Assembly: GCA_013265495.1 (NCBI GenBank)
Contig: MU058423.1
Location: 6,300,939 to 6,364,938 of the forward strand
Length of the DNA: 64,000 bases
Reading direction: 5' to 3'
Source of the DNA: Vicugna vicugna
Lineage: Eukaryota
The notes below the pieces were generated by a model that was given only the letters and a program-made list of their open reading frames with translations, was not told where the DNA came from and did no database searches. This document shows positions 14,280 to 28,088 of this stretch, piece after piece; position 1 is the stretch's first letter; every line of letters starts with the position of its first letter. The position numbers were made by a program, and so were the translations under genes.

Positions 14280-14718
14280 TTCTGCTTCTGTGTTGGGTTA
14301 AGATAGAAAAACAGGGACTGAATTTATTCTCCCACCTAAAACAACTAATAACAGGGCAAAATATATAGAACACTGATTTTTAACATCAAGCATCTAAGCA
14401 GTGATCCCTAAGAGAAGCAATCTGGGTGAAGCCTGTGATTGCCCCAACTCCCTGCCTGGAGTTACCAGTGCACAGCGCAAGGGGAATGAACCCATTCATA
14501 GCCCAGTGAACTCCTTGAATTAAATGGATCTGAGTTTGAGGGGTCCAAAGCCACTAGAGAGAGTAGATCAAAGTTAGTAGGATGGAGCAAGAGAGAGGAG
14601 AGACCTGCAGAGAGAGAAAACTCCAGAGATCCTCAGACAGCCCCTCCTCTAGTATTTAGCAGAGTCCTGATCCGTTCAAATAAGTAAAAACAATATCCAA
14701 GGCTGGGGAAAGTACCAC
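14280..14718 (+). mobile_element. old L1 (L1MC-like) 5' UTR fragment
   Basis: 'acagggactgaatttattctcccacctaaaacaac...aaaactccagagatc...aggctggggaaag' resembles recalled L1MC 5' ends. Confidence 0.5.
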
Positions 14719-14719
14719 A

Positions 14720-15420
14720 ACTAACCATCAAACAAAAGTTTGATACATTAGATTTTATTAAAATTAAGTCACTGACTTGGAAAACGTATTTGCAATACTT
14801 ATTCCTATCAAAAGATTTGTAGGCAGAATATATAGAAAAATCCTATGAATCATTAGGAATGTCTCAGTCAATTTAAAAACAAGTGAAATATTTGTACAGG
14901 CACTTAATGAAAGGAATAATCAAATAGACAACAAACATGTAGAAAACTTCTTAAAATCAATTGTCATCTGAGTGATGCAAATTAGAACCACAATGATAAA
15001 AATATTAAAAACCCAACAGAGTCTAAAATCAGAAAGACTGAAAATACCAAGCATTGAGCAGAATGTGAAGCTAGCAGAACTCATATGTTATTAGTTACAG
15101 TGTAAGTCAGCACAATAAGTCATAAAAATGTTGGGCAGCATCAACTAACACTCAAGATATGCCTGCCTGAAGACCCAGCAGTTTGGCTGATTACTTAAAT
15201 CCAACCAAAGACACATAGCAAATGTATAGCATCTCTAATTTTGAAAGGGCTAAACAGGAAACAATCCAAATTTCTGTCAACTCTGAAATGCCTAACAAAA
15301 ATCAAGTATATTCGTGAAATGGAGTAATATGCAAATATGAAAAAATAAACTGCAGCTACATACAATACCATGGAATATTCTCACAGATAAACAAGACTGT
15401 ACATGGTGATCCCATTCATG
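14720..15420 (+). mobile_element. old L1 (L1ME-like) ORF2 3' part and 3' UTR fragment
   Basis: L1 hallmarks 'gaaaacgtatttgcaa', 'atgcaaattagaaccacaatga', 'aaacaggaaacaatccaaat'. Confidence 0.7.
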
Positions 15421-15675
15421 TGACTATCAAGATGTGTATCATTTGAATTTTAAACTTAGCGTTAAATTTGCTGACTTCATATTAACTTTCAGTAGTTATT
15501 AAATAAAATTTGGGAGAATTATTCCACTAGAATAAGAAGTTATGAAGACAGTAAAGGTAACATAAAATTTGACCTCTGATCGTTGTTGAATACCAGGGAA
15601 AACAGAATGCTTTTTAAACAACTATGCTCAAGTGTTTAGGGAAATTTACTGCTAAGTAGGAGATTCCTGGATAAC

Positions 15676-15825
15676 AGAAGAGGAAAAAGGAGAAAGAGGA
15701 AGAGAAGGAAATGGAAGAGAAAAGGGAAGAAGGGGAGATTGGGGGAGAGAGAGAAAAAAATGAAAGTAAAAAAGAAAAAAAAGAAAGGAAAAGGAAGGAA
15801 GGAAGGAAGAAGGGAGGGAAAAATC
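15676..15825. repeat. purine-rich (GA/GGAA) low-complexity tract
   Basis: direct reading; source of the F/L/S-rich minus-strand pseudo-ORFs. Confidence 0.9.
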
Positions 15826-16669
15826 AAAACAAAGCATCTAAATATATAAAGCAATCCTAATGTAACAGCATGTTCCTCTGGTTAGAAAATACTATTACAA
15901 ATTCCTTTGAGATATTTGGATCTCCTGCCTTCGCACACAGTATACCACATAATTAATACAATGCTATTTCTTGCCCTCAAAGTTTTGAACGTGATCCTTT
16001 CGTGTTATATCATCCTCACACACACACAGACATGTTTTTGTCATTTTTAGCATTTATTCTTTGGAATACACTGCAGCTACCTAGAGTTTGGTCGTAGTAA
16101 CTGACTGAAAGTTTCCTTGAAATTCTTACGAATGAACACTTTTAACACTGTAACTGGGATGAAAAAATAATCATAGCACTTCTTAAATAAGTCAAAAATC
16201 TTGTCAACAAAAAGTCTAAAAACAAAATGTTAAGACAACCCACCATTTCTGCCACATGTAAGACATTACATTTCCATGCATTCAACATTTGGCTACAGTT
16301 TGCCTAAATAACACCTGGGCACAAAATGAATTTTTAAAATTCAGTCTTTTAGCTGTTACAGTCTCATGCCTTGAATATCTTTCATGTCCTTTTCATCGTA
16401 GTGAATTTCTATTCATTATGCGATGTTTAGTTCAAGTGCTATGATCCTTAAGAAGTCTTTACTCCCCCTGTCAGAATGAATTACTCTTTCTTCTGGCTTC
16501 ACTCAGCATCTTACCTGTGTCCTGGTTCAGTATTTATATTAATTTGACTTTTAATTATTTTCTTAATTTATATCTCTATATCTGTCTTGGCTAATATTCT
16601 CAAAGACAGTAGGACCAATCATCTATGAACACCTCACATCCACTTCTCTCACAACATCCAGAATAATAT

Positions 16670-19497
16670 TTTTTAAAAATGAGTTTATATTTTAGAACAC
16701 TTTTAGATTTACAGCAAATTTGAGCAGAAACTATGGGGAATTCACACATACCACCTACCCCCATCATGCAAAGAGTGGTACATTTGTTACCATCTAGGAA
16801 ACTATGCTGACACATCATTATCACTCAAAGGCCATAATTTACATTAGGGTTCACTCTTAGTGTTGTAAAATCTATGGGTTTTGATGAGCATGAAATGACA
16901 TGTATTCACCATTACCACATAATGTAAAAATAGTTTCACTGCCCTGAAAATCCTCTGTACTTGGCTTATTCATCCTTCCCTCCCTCCCCCTAAACCCTGA
17001 CAACCACTGAATTTTTACTTTCCCCATAGTTTTTCCTCTTCCAGAATATTATGTATTTGGAATTATATAGTATATAGCCCCTTCAGAATGACGTACGTTA
17101 CTTAGTAATATCCATCTAAGTTTCCTCCATGTCTTTTCATGGCTTCATATCTCATTTTTCCATTGCTGGATAATATTCCATTGTATGGATGTTGCAAAGT
17201 TCTTTTATCCATTCCTATACTGAAGGATGTCTGGTTGCTTCCGAGTTTTTGCAACTCTGAATAAAGCTGACACAAATATCCATGTGCAGGTTTTCATGTA
17301 GACAGAAATTTTCACCCTGTTTGGGTAAATATCGAGGAGTGTAATTGCTAACATCATACAACTAGGGTATGTTTAGTTTTGTAAGAAACTGCCAGAGTTT
17401 TCCAAAGTGGCTCTACCACTTTTCATTCTCATAGCCCATGAATGTGCATTCCTGTTACTCCACACACTTGCCAATATTTGGGGTTGTCACAGTAATAGAT
17501 GTTTTATTTTAATTTGCAATTCCCTTACAATGTATAATATTGACCATCCTTTCACATTATACTGATTGTTTGCATGTCTTCTTTGATGAGGTGTCTGTTC
17601 AGATCATTTGTTTATTTTTAGTTAGGTTGTCCATCTTATTATTGAGTTTTAAGAGTTTTAAAAATAATTTGGATTACATTCTTTTATTGGGTGTTTCTTT
17701 TGCAAATATTTTCTCCCATTCCATGGCTTGTGGTTTCACTCTCTTGACATTATCTTCCCCAGCACAGATTTTTTTACCTTTAATGAAATCCAGCTTACTC
17801 ATTCTTCCTTTCAGGGATTTTAGCTAAAAAGCCATTGCCAAAATCAAGGGTTTCTAGACTTTCTCCTATGTTATCTCCTAGGAGTTTTGTAACTTTGCGT
17901 TTACATTTAGGCTTATGATCAATTTGGGGTTAACTTTTTCAAAGGGTGTAAGCTCTGTCTTACTATTTTATTTCTTCCTGCCTGCATATGGATGTCCATT
18001 TGATCCAACGTCTTTTGTTAAAGAGACAGTCTTTTCTACATTTTGTTGCCTTGGTTTCTTTGTCAAAGGTCAGTTGACTGTATTTGTGTGGGTCTATGTT
18101 CAGGCTCGCTATTCTGTTCCATTGATCTATTTGTCCATTCTTCCACCAGTACCACACCGTCTTGATACTGTAGCTTTACAGTAAGTCTTGAAGTTGGATG
18201 GTGTCAGTCCTTCAACTTATTTTTCACTTTTGAATATTGTGTTGGCTATTTTGGGTTTTTCGCTTGTCTATACAAACTTTGAAATCAGTTTGTTAATATC
18301 TACAAATTAATTTGCTGGGATTTTGATTGGAATTACATTGAATCTACAGATCAGACGGGGAAGAACTGACATTTTGACCATACTGAATTGTCACACCCAT
18401 GAACACAGAATCTCTCCATTTATTTAGTTCTTCTTTGACTTAGTTCATCAGAGGTTTTTCATTTTCTTCATACAGATCTTATACGTGGTTTATTAGATTT
18501 ATACCTAAGTATTTCATTTTGGGGAGTGCTAATGCCAGTAGTACTGTGTTTTAAATTTCAGATTCCAGTTGTTCACTGCTGGTATCTAAGAAAGTAATTA
18601 ACTTTGTGTATTGCCCTTGTATCCTGCAACATAATATGATCACTTATTCTTTACAGGATTTTTTTGATTTTTGTCGATTCATGCAGATTTTCTACAGAGA
18701 CAAACATGTCATCTTTGAAGACAGTTTTATGTTTCACTTCCCAGTATGGGTAGCCTTTATTTCCTTTTCTTTCCTGATTGAATTAGCTGGGACTGTCAGT
18801 ACATTTTGAACAGGAGTGGGAAAAGGGGATATCCTTGTCTTATTCTGATCTTAGTGGAGTTAACTCCCTATTTTACTTTTCATTTATTTCTGCTCTAATC
18901 TTTATTATTTCTTTCTTCTTCTTTCTTTGGATTTAATGCACTCTTCTTTTTCTAGAGTCCTAAGGTAGTATTTTATATTATTGTTTTTAGATCTTTTTAA
19001 AAATAATATTAGCATTTGATGTGTGAAAAGAACTATGTCAGGTGTGGACAGGCGTGATCTGAGGAGGCCTCCATGTTTGCTGCCCATGCTGGACTTTTGC
19101 CAAACACCCTAAGCTGAAACTGCTGAATAGTTGCTGAGTGGCTAAAAGGGAGCAATGATGCTAAGAACTGGACATTTTCTGGATGAAAGAAAACATATCT
19201 TTCCCTAGTAACAGATGAGATGTGTTCCATATCCCAATCATGTGTATGGAAAAATTTCACCATCCAATCCAAATTCCTGGTTCCCACAGAGGTTTCCACC
19301 TGTGGCTTTCCACTTCAGCAATTTGTGAATTTCTATATCCACCTATCTGTCCAGTTTAGGGGGTTACAGTTTTCCCTGTGACCTCAGTTCTCTGGAAAAT
19401 CTGAGAAGAGTTTTTATTTGCTTGCTTGCTTGCTTATTTCCCCGTTTGCTCAACTATGTACTTCCAGCTCTTTACATGCCATACTGGAAACCAGAAT
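16670..19497 (-). mobile_element. L1MC-type LINE-1, internally deleted, inserted in an L2
   Basis: L1MC-like 3' end near 16670; ORF2 remnants 'WYWWKNGQIDQWNRIASLNIDPHKYSQLTFDK' (17963-18157) and 'LRTLEKEECIKSKERRRKK' (18905-18970); L1 5'-end-like sequence at about 19290-19497. Confidence 0.85.
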
Positions 19498-19499
19498 AT

Positions 19500-20015
19500 C
19501 AAACTTGTATTATTAATACACAATAATTGCAGGACACTCCTGTGCATCAGACTCTCCATGGCTTCTCATCTCACCAGAATAAAGTCTGAGACCCTTACAG
19601 TCAGCTTCAAGGCTTAAGGCTCAACAAGTTCTGTCTCTCACTCGATTATTTAATCTCATACCTTATCACTCACCAATTGGTTCTTCCTGCTATATTCAGT
19701 GGTCTTTCCTCTTATCTTCAAAAGGTTCCTTCTTTTAATTCTTACTTTAGTTCGCATATCAACTACCCAGAGAGCCATCCAACCTGACATACTTCTCACC
19801 TAGACATTTCTATCCTATCGCTCTATCATATTTCTTACAGTATTTATCACTTGTTGATATTTGGTTGTTTATTTTTTACTGAACTTAGTCACTTAATACA
19901 TAAACTCTATTAAGCAGAGAACTCTCTTCTTCTGTGTATTGCTCTAGCCCAATGCCCAGAATAGATACTCAAAGAACATTTTCTGTAAATTAATTAACTA
20001 ATTAATAAATGAATA
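19500..20015 (+). mobile_element. L2 3' portion, continuing the L2 piece at about 16600-16670
   Basis: 'ctctccatggcttctcatctcaccagaataaagtctgagacccttacag' L2 motif; ends ...taataaatgaat. Confidence 0.65.
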
Positions 20016-20022
20016 GTCTCAC

Positions 20023-20583
20023 TGTGGTGGGTTGATTTCAGTAACATTCTAATTTCTTCATCCTTCTCTCTATCTACACCCTTTCCATGTGAATTTTTTA
20101 TTCTTTTTATTAATTAGACAGGGTCTATTTCTCTCCCCTTAATTTTAGGTCTTTTATCTGTTTTGGCAAATAAAATATGTAGTAAGTAACTGTGCCAGTT
20201 CTAAGCCTATATCTCAAGAGGACATGTGAATTTTTACTAGATTGCTTTGCTCATCTATCTTTACCATAAGGAGAAGCCCAGGCTAGACCCCTGAAGGATA
20301 AATCATATGGAGCAGAGATGTGTCTCCTTAGTTGCCCTGGCTGAGGTCATCCTAGACCAGGCAAAAACCATCTGATTGCCAGACATATGAGAGAGTCCTG
20401 TCAAGGTCAACAGGGCCTGATCTGTATGTAGCCAACTGCAGCCATAGGAATAAGCTCTACCAACACTAAAAGAACCATACAACTTACAGATTCATGAATT
20501 AAATGAATGACTACTGTTCCAAGCCACTGAGTTTTTGTGTAGCTTGTTTTATAGAATTATTGTGATAAGAGATAATTCACATA
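20023..20583 (+). mobile_element. MLT1-family (ERVL-MaLR) LTR
   Basis: Starts TGTGGTGGGTT; ends 'aagccactgagtttttgtgtagcttgttt...gataattcaca', a typical MLT1 3' end. Confidence 0.75.
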
Positions 20584-22919
20584 ATCATATACTACTATAT
20601 CTTGCATATTGCAGATTCTCAGTGTTAGTTGAAAAGCCTCTAAATTATATATATCATATATATGCATATATATCTAGGTGGAACTTCTTTTAGCTAAAAT
20701 TTTGCATCTCCAATTCCCTGCTGTATTTCAAAATTGAAAGGAACATTTCATCAAAGTTTACTTCCCTTCTCCATTTACATTTCTCTTAATAGCAGCAACT
20801 TTGCCTCAGTCATGAAGTTCCAAACATGGTATAGCATCGATTACTTCTTTGTTATCTCCTTATTCAGTGTCACTATGTTTTATCAATTATTCCTACCTGG
20901 AAACTTTCCAATCCACACCCTCTTTTCTACTCCTATTGCTAGTCCAGTGCCACCAGACACCAAAGCTAATAGAGGTGGAATAGTAATTTACACTGCACAA
21001 TGTTTTACAATTTTCAAAGCATTTTCACACAGTATTCCACTCAATGGTTGCAGCCGTCTTATTAATTGTTTCATGTAGGCCTCCTTATCTTCCCTTAAGT
21101 AGTGATGAAAAAAGCTTTGAGAAAATAAGGAAAAGCCTGAGACCTCTAAGTTCTGATTCAGAGTCCTTTCCCCTGGGCTCTGCTGTATCTGGCCAGCCTC
21201 TGTAGCCTGCTAGCTTATCTATCTCGCTCCCCTTTCTACTCATTCTGCTTACAAAATGCAATCAGACGAATATTCCTCAGAACATCCCATTCATTCCCTT
21301 GTTCAACAACTTAAAATAAATAATCATTATTTATAATATTAAGTTCAAGCTTCAAAGCCAAAATTTATGGTTTTCATCCTCTGTTTTCATTTTTTCTGGG
21401 GAATCAGTAAGACCTCAAGAATCATCATATTAAGTCTCCCACCTTAATAAGATGTATTTTACTGAACACTGTCCACAGCTCTGTTAATAGTCCCTTTATC
21501 AATGCTTCTTTATTTGAGTAATTAGGATACAACCTGGCTTTAACCATAAAATGTAATTCCTCTAGGCCTATCTAATATGTTTTCCTTAAATCCTCTATCT
21601 TCACTATTTCCCGTATGGCTTCATTCTAAAAACGTACATTTAAATGGAACAAATCACATCAGGGAGGACTCCTCTCAAATTTGTAAAGACTGCGTATTCC
21701 ATGTCCTGTCAGGACCCTGACTAACACACTGCCAAAGTAGTTCCAACTCTTCAATGAGGAAATTAACATACATTGAGAAGTCACGTGGAAAACAGAGGAA
21801 GAGTCATGAGAAGTGTCAGGATTAACATGTCTTAAAAGTTAACGGTAAGCAAGAGAGCATGGATGATAAAGTCTGTAGGCTGCATTTTCCTGGGCTCAGA
21901 GCAGAGCAGAGAAGGATGAAAAGTACCTCATGAGGGTAAATATAAAGTATCCAGCCCTGTTTATCATTTTTGCCACTTGGTATCACTTTTTCTTTCCTTT
22001 CATACGAGTTAGTTACTTTCCTGAACATGAAGAAGACAGAAGCCCCTTCAGCCACTTTGTCGTCATGGGTACCGTAGTCCCCCTTTACCACGATGATATT
22101 TTCCAAGAGCCCAAGCAGATGCCTGAAGCGGCGGATAAGACTGAGTCCTACAGAAGCTCCCTCCCACCCCCTCTCATCCACGGGTTCACTTGCTACCATT
22201 TTGCTGGTTGACAGCAGGTAGTGGAAACAGCCAAAGGTGAAACACTGAATAAGGGTGGGTGGTGCTACTGCTACGCTAGTGCTGTCACACTCCCACTTGG
22301 TGTACTGTCCACCACGACTACCATCTACCCACGGTAAGACAGAAAAGGAGAAGAAAGAAATGCTTGGGTAACATAAAATATGCAGAGTTGCCACACTCCA
22401 GGTTTCTGCAGTTTATTTGAGGCGAGGTGAGGATAATAATCTGCTTCTTCCATATACATTCCAGATTCCTGAATGAGCATTTTACTAGTGAGGAATTTTT
22501 ACCAGGAAGACTATGCCAAGGTCATTAGAAAACATGTCTTTATGAATGAATTTAACGATGAAATAAATTTAACTATCAAACCAGACTATGAAGTGGCAGC
22601 CTACTGAAACCTGGAGTGTCTAGAGGAAGTTCTTCATGCCTTCATTGGGCAACGTCCACCCAATTTCCCCTGGAAAATTGAGATAAATCACTCAAGCTCC
22701 TATAATAACCCCTTTCCATGACTGTTGGTTTAATGATAGAAGGAAATGTTCTTGCCTGAAGGACAACCTTAGCTTCTAAATAGCTGCGCTTCATCACTGA
22801 TGATTTAAGGGAAAAAGGCCACTGAAATAAGCCAAGCTCAGGTTTGCAGGGAGGTGAAACAAACATTCTGTAAGGGGATTTACAGGTGGAAGAGTGAAAA
22901 GAGGAACTTCCAGAATAGG

Positions 22920-23860
22920 AGTGTTTTGTCTATGGAAGAACCAGCACTACACATTGACTAAAAGGAGATACAACATCCTATGGAACACAACTTGAGACCC
23001 CCATCGGGGATCACTACTAAGCATTTAGTTGGCCATTCATTGTGTTGTCATTCCAGTCTCTTCCCTGTAATGAAGCACATGTCCAGTGAAGTCCATGGGC
23101 ATTAAACTGAGTCCCTCAGTCTGAAATGAAGTTGCACAGAATTCCATGACTGGAACTAAGAGCTTTCGTAAACCCTCTGCACTTGGTGGTACTGGCAGAA
23201 CCACTGAAGACAGGGAAGGAAAAATCCATGTTGCAAATACCTATTTATTAAAGTGAGGATGAATCATTATCACCTCTTTGATGGAAGAGTTTGCAGTAGT
23301 CATCCTGACACCAGGTAGCTTGCTGGCCCACCCCAGGAACCATGCTGCATCATTGGCCTCTGGCACTAGTATGCTGAACACTTGGCAGAACTGTCAGAGG
23401 AGCCTTGGTGAGAGGAAATTGAGGCTTTTGAGTGTGTCCTCAGTCTCTGCCATCCCTGTTGCTGTGGCCATTCTGTACGTGAGTTTTGAGATCAAGCACC
23501 ATGTTGGTTAAAGAAAGATCCTGATGGACAGCTATAAACTAGATACCTGATCAACGATCACTCCCTTTGCATCAGATGCCCTTTAATGTGCGTTCACGTT
23601 GGACCGAATAACCTCATGCTTTGTGCCTATTCTAAGAGGTCTTTCTGAGTTACTGTCCCACAGACATTTTTGCCACCAAGGCTGCAAATCTGATTCTTTC
23701 AAAATCCCAGATACCAACAGGGAGGAGAGCCCAGGTGCTGTATTCCACAGAGGCCAGCTTTCTCAGGCACCGAGCGAGCCAGAGAAGGGGAAGGGAAGAC
23801 TGGACGATGAGGTGGAGTGGCTGGAGGATTTTAAACAAGAATAATCAGAACAGCAAGTAA
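22920..23860 (-). mobile_element. old ERV-L internal remnant (RNaseH C-terminus to integrase region)
   Basis: Minus strand 'ggtggcaaaaatgtctg...gacctcttagaataggcacaaagcatgaggttatt...cgtgaacgcacatta' aligns by eye with HERV-L 'GDKEIWG...DLSEWSKTVKIFVSHVSAHQ'. Confidence 0.65.
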
Positions 23861-24357
23861 TTGCATTTTCTTTACCCCAAGGCTAACTTCCACTTCTGCT
23901 TAGTTCAGGCTATCCTGAATTATGCTGCAGGAAGACTAATAAGGTGCAAACTCAGTCCGGTTTATCCCCTTTCTTGCTTCAAAGCTCAGTGCCTTTCTTT
24001 TTTCCTTCCTGCAGTTAACTTCTAAGTAGCTCAGTACCAGAACACTTTAGACATCAATCTATACATTTATTCATAAAAGCATCATACTATGACCTCTGAT
24101 TTATAACATTTTAGATCATTCAGAACATATTTTTAGGAAAAAATAAATTCTTCAAGGTATTCTGTATATTCTTAAATGATGAAAATCACTACTGCCTTCC
24201 CTGAAGTAGTCACTCTTATCTATTTGCTAATTTTAAGGTAATTATTATCCACTGACTGAGGGATTTCCCGGATTTTTACAATGATATCAATCTAAGCATA
24301 TTCCTAGAGAGACCTTTGGAGGTAAAATCTCTCCTCCTGAGACCCTGGCTGCTCACC

Positions 24358-24520
24358 AGAGTGGTTCTCAACCAGAACTGCATACTAGAAAAAAGTAAGT
24401 AGCAAAAACAAACAAACAAAAAAACCCCACCCTCCTTCAATAAAAACCTCTGGAAATGAAATTAGGCATCAGTATTTTTCATAGCTACCTTGGATATGTT
24501 GATGTTTGACATCATTCATT
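24358..24520. mobile_element. MER5-type DNA transposon remnant
   Basis: 'agtggttctcaacc...gcatactagaa...ggcatcagtattttt'. Confidence 0.5.
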
Positions 24521-25219
24521 CATTTAAAGCCCTTCAGATTCTCTAGCTCTTAAGCTAGCCTTCTCGATTCACAAAATTATTTTAAAATTTACTTGCTATA
24601 AACATATTGTATATTTTCACCTAAGTTGTGATGTCCCTAAATTACGTTCTTAATCGTGTCATACAAGCCACTGAATCTTTAATTTTACAAACTAATCTTC
24701 CTGCTTTCACATACTCTGATGTCATTTCTGGAAATAAAAATAATAACAGTCATAGAAAAATAATAATTTACTCACTGGTGATGGCAATATTTAATTTTTT
24801 AAAAGTAAATCTGCTGAGGGTGCTTTATATTGAAATTCATGATAAAGATAATTATAAATTTGAACTAAATGCACATCACGGATAGATCCTTTTTCCAGAG
24901 ATGTATTAATAATTAAAAGCTCCTAATTCTCTATTAAATAACATAGTTAAAAATGTTGAGAGCTTAATTGTCAGGTTAAATTCTTTTATAATAACTTCAA
25001 AAACTCATTTTAACTTCTTTTTTATTATAAATATAATGATTGATTTTTCACAAAAAAGCATGGAACACAGAGGAGCATACATATGCAAAATCACCAAAAT
25101 ACCAAAATTTAGGGAGAAATATTTTGTAAGTTTAGTATAAATTATTACAATACTCTTAATGAGGTGATAAAGTTCCTAAAGACTCTAAATGTTTCTTAGA
25201 ACTACTTCTTAAGGATTCA

Positions 25220-26000
25220 TAAAAATCATTTTGACAAACATATCCCTAGCAACACTGTTTCCTCATGTCATCTGATTCTGATACCCACTATCTCTTTTTA
25301 CAGTCACTAGTGACTTCTCTCCAGCACTACTCCATCCAAGTCCTTATTTCAGTAAAGAAGTTATTTCAGTAACTGCGCAGATAATCCTTTAATATTACCA
25401 GTCTCTCAGCTACTTCAGCTCTTTCCTGTGAATATTTTTTGCTCCTCTTACATAGCCACTCCGGTGGCCATGCTACAGCCTGTCATTACCAATAACCACA
25501 ACCGTTCAACACAGAGGTTTTAAGTATCTGCTATTTAAGGCATCATCTCCTATTGTTTCATCTCACACTTTCTAGTAGGCTAATTTGCCACAGTCCCTTG
25601 GCCCTACCAGGATCTACACATCTATATACAGAAATCTATCTATATTCCATTGATCTACCAATTTTTATGTTCTTCCTCCTCTTTCCCATTCATAGTGAAG
25701 CGTCTTTTCCAAATTCTATGCCACCACGCTCCACCTTCGTACTCATTTGACAAAAAAAACCCCAGTATTGATTAAATAGCATTTCCCTACACTTATGCTT
25801 ACACAGTTAAAACTACTGACGGGGGAAAAATACAGCATGCTGACTGCTCTGAGTCTAAATACACGGTGCTCTCATCTCAGATTTTCCCTCAGGACTGTCT
25901 CGCAGTCCTACTGTGTTTCCTCATTTCATTCACACTTTCATTCCCCTAGAGGATTATTTCAAATGTCTTTTCTCTTTTCAGATGTCCTGCACCTCCCCAG
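25220..26000 (+). mobile_element. L2 ORF (endonuclease region) remnant
   Basis: 'agccactccggtggccatgctacagcctgtcattacc' resembles L2 'TH..GHTLDLVIT'; pyrimidine-rich L2 character. Confidence 0.55.
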
Positions 26001-26237
26001 GTACGTTATCTAGAACAGCACAGGTGCTAGCAAGAGAGAAATCTAGAATGGATAAAAAAGGAGGGTAATAATTAGTATCTGTTGCAGCTTTGAGAAAATT
26101 GATAGAACAAGACTTACATTTTATCTCACTAATCTGTCTGTTGGAGGATCCCAGGAAATGAGGCCACCGTAGCCTTTCAAGGAGCTGCTCTAAAAAGTTT
26201 AAAGAAGACATGGATCTCAGCAGGTCAAGAGGTGAAC

Positions 26238-26558
26238 TGTAATGGACCTCACCCTGGGCTACTTTGGTCTCCTTCTCAGAGCTGAATGCCTTGTTCCGTC
26301 AGCTGCTGGGAGTACTGCTAAATGACAGCCCTCAGCTCTCAGTTTGTCCTGGAAACTGTCCTCAGCTGTCCTAACTGCAGCACTCACATAGGATGAAGTC
26401 TTCTTGTGAACGTCATTACAGTCCAATTTCCCCTACTGCTCTATCCCGCTTCTTTCCCTCTCCATAAGAGTGACGGTCCTGAGAATACTCTCCAAAAAAT
26501 TTCTTGCCTGTTAATTGTCATCTCAGAGTCTAGACTCTAGAGAGCTCAGCTTGCAACA
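26238..26558 (+). mobile_element. LTR16-like ERVL LTR, preceded by a PPT-like tract and internal 3' remnant (about 26010-26237)
   Basis: 'caagaggtgaac|TGTAATGG'; 'cagctgctgggag...tgacagccctcagct'; ends 'catctcagagtct...ttgcaACA'. Confidence 0.65.
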
Positions 26559-27904
26559 TTGCTAGATTTTCACTGGTTTTTCACAATTCCAACTCTTCCA
26601 ATATTTGCTACATAGTACCTAAGAATATTAACCAGAGGACTATTTCAATTACGGCTTTCCTTAATTATCTCTACTGATTCTCCATTGTTTGTAAGGTTGT
26701 GTTCAAATTCCTTGGTTAAAACTGAAGTTTTAGTCAGAGTCTGGTGCCAGTTTTGAAAGCCTATTTCATAATCTACTATTTTATGCCTTCTATTTTTATT
26801 TTCTACTTTAATTTTCACTGTTGAATATATCTAGATCGTCTGTCTTGCACACTTGTTACGGTGTTTATTATGATACATTTGGAATACACTTGAACCTACA
26901 CCTTTCCAGATCTTGTCCATCTTTAATTAACCCTCAAGTCTTTTACTAACCCTCTCTGATTATTATAAGCTAATAGTCATTCCGCATCTTACTTACAATT
27001 CATGATTATCATCTTTATTATTCATAAATTCACTGTGAGAAATAAGAATTGAACATCTTGTATGCAGCAATTGTATTAGACAGAGTGAAAAACATAAAAA
27101 TAGCTCAGTCAAGGATACGAAAGCTCTTTTAAAAATAGCATAAATTTGTCATTAACATTTTTAATTAGCTTACGGTTTGTACTGTGTCACTTAAAAAATT
27201 TTTTTGTGTGTAAATCCTAAATTCCCAATAGATTCATAATTACTTTAGGCACAGTAAGAAATATGATTTCTCTCTCTCTCAATCTCTCTCTCTTTATCTT
27301 AATCTCTTCCCTCTTATGAAATTACAGTGAGCCAACAATATGTATTCAAAAATTGCTTGTTGAATTGAACTGACAGACTTAGTTTGGATAATATATGTAT
27401 GCTTTATTAGGGAAGAGGGAAATAATCCTATGAAATAGCCCTGGGGAACTTTTCATGTATTGAAAAACTAAAATTAAAAATAACTATGAAGAATATGCCT
27501 AAAGGCTCCTTTATGATATAGAACTAAAAATGAGAACCCGACCAATATGACAACAATCAAAACCTATTTGATAAAATCTGGAAGGTATGGAACAAGATGA
27601 CTATCACCAAAGAGGAATACATTTTATACTCTGAATAAAATTTCTTAGAACATTAGATGCCATTTTAAGTTTTATTTCAATAAAAAAAAGCACAAGAGTT
27701 GAGACTCATCAATAAATTATATTCTATAATCCCACCAGACAGTAGTGTAAATAAGACAGCAAGGCATGAGGCTAAAAATTCCCCTAGCACTTACTTCACA
27801 AATCATGCATGTTTAGTATGAAATCACTACATCTATGAAACATTGTTTTATTACTATTTCTACCATATCACTATGGAAAAATGTGAACTTGTTTATAAAG
27901 GAAA

Positions 27905-27990
27905 AACAGCAAAAGAAAGAAAAAGAAAAGGGAGGATGATCGAAGGAAGAAAGGAAGGAAGGAAAAGAAAAGGAGGAGGGAAGGAAGACT
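27905..27990. repeat. purine-rich (GGAA) tract
   Basis: direct reading. Confidence 0.85.
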
Positions 27991-28088
27991 ATTGCAGAGG
28001 GTTGACTAGAGCTCAGATCTCCCTGGGATGGCCAACTTGATCAGTGCATTCCATGACATACATCAGTGCTATTTAAGAGTTATTTCTT

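Noticed and set aside
15636..15854. Hydrophobic F/L-rich ORFs resembling membrane peptides
   Set aside because: Artefact of translating a purine/pyrimidine low-complexity tract.
17540..18184. Plus-strand 89-95 aa hydrophobic ORFs
   Set aside because: Antisense translations of the L1 ORF2 remnant.
25344..25373. Short direct repeats (ttatttcagtaa x2; similar ones near 40820, 59700, 61320)
   Set aside because: Two-copy local slippage duplications with no array or spacer structure.
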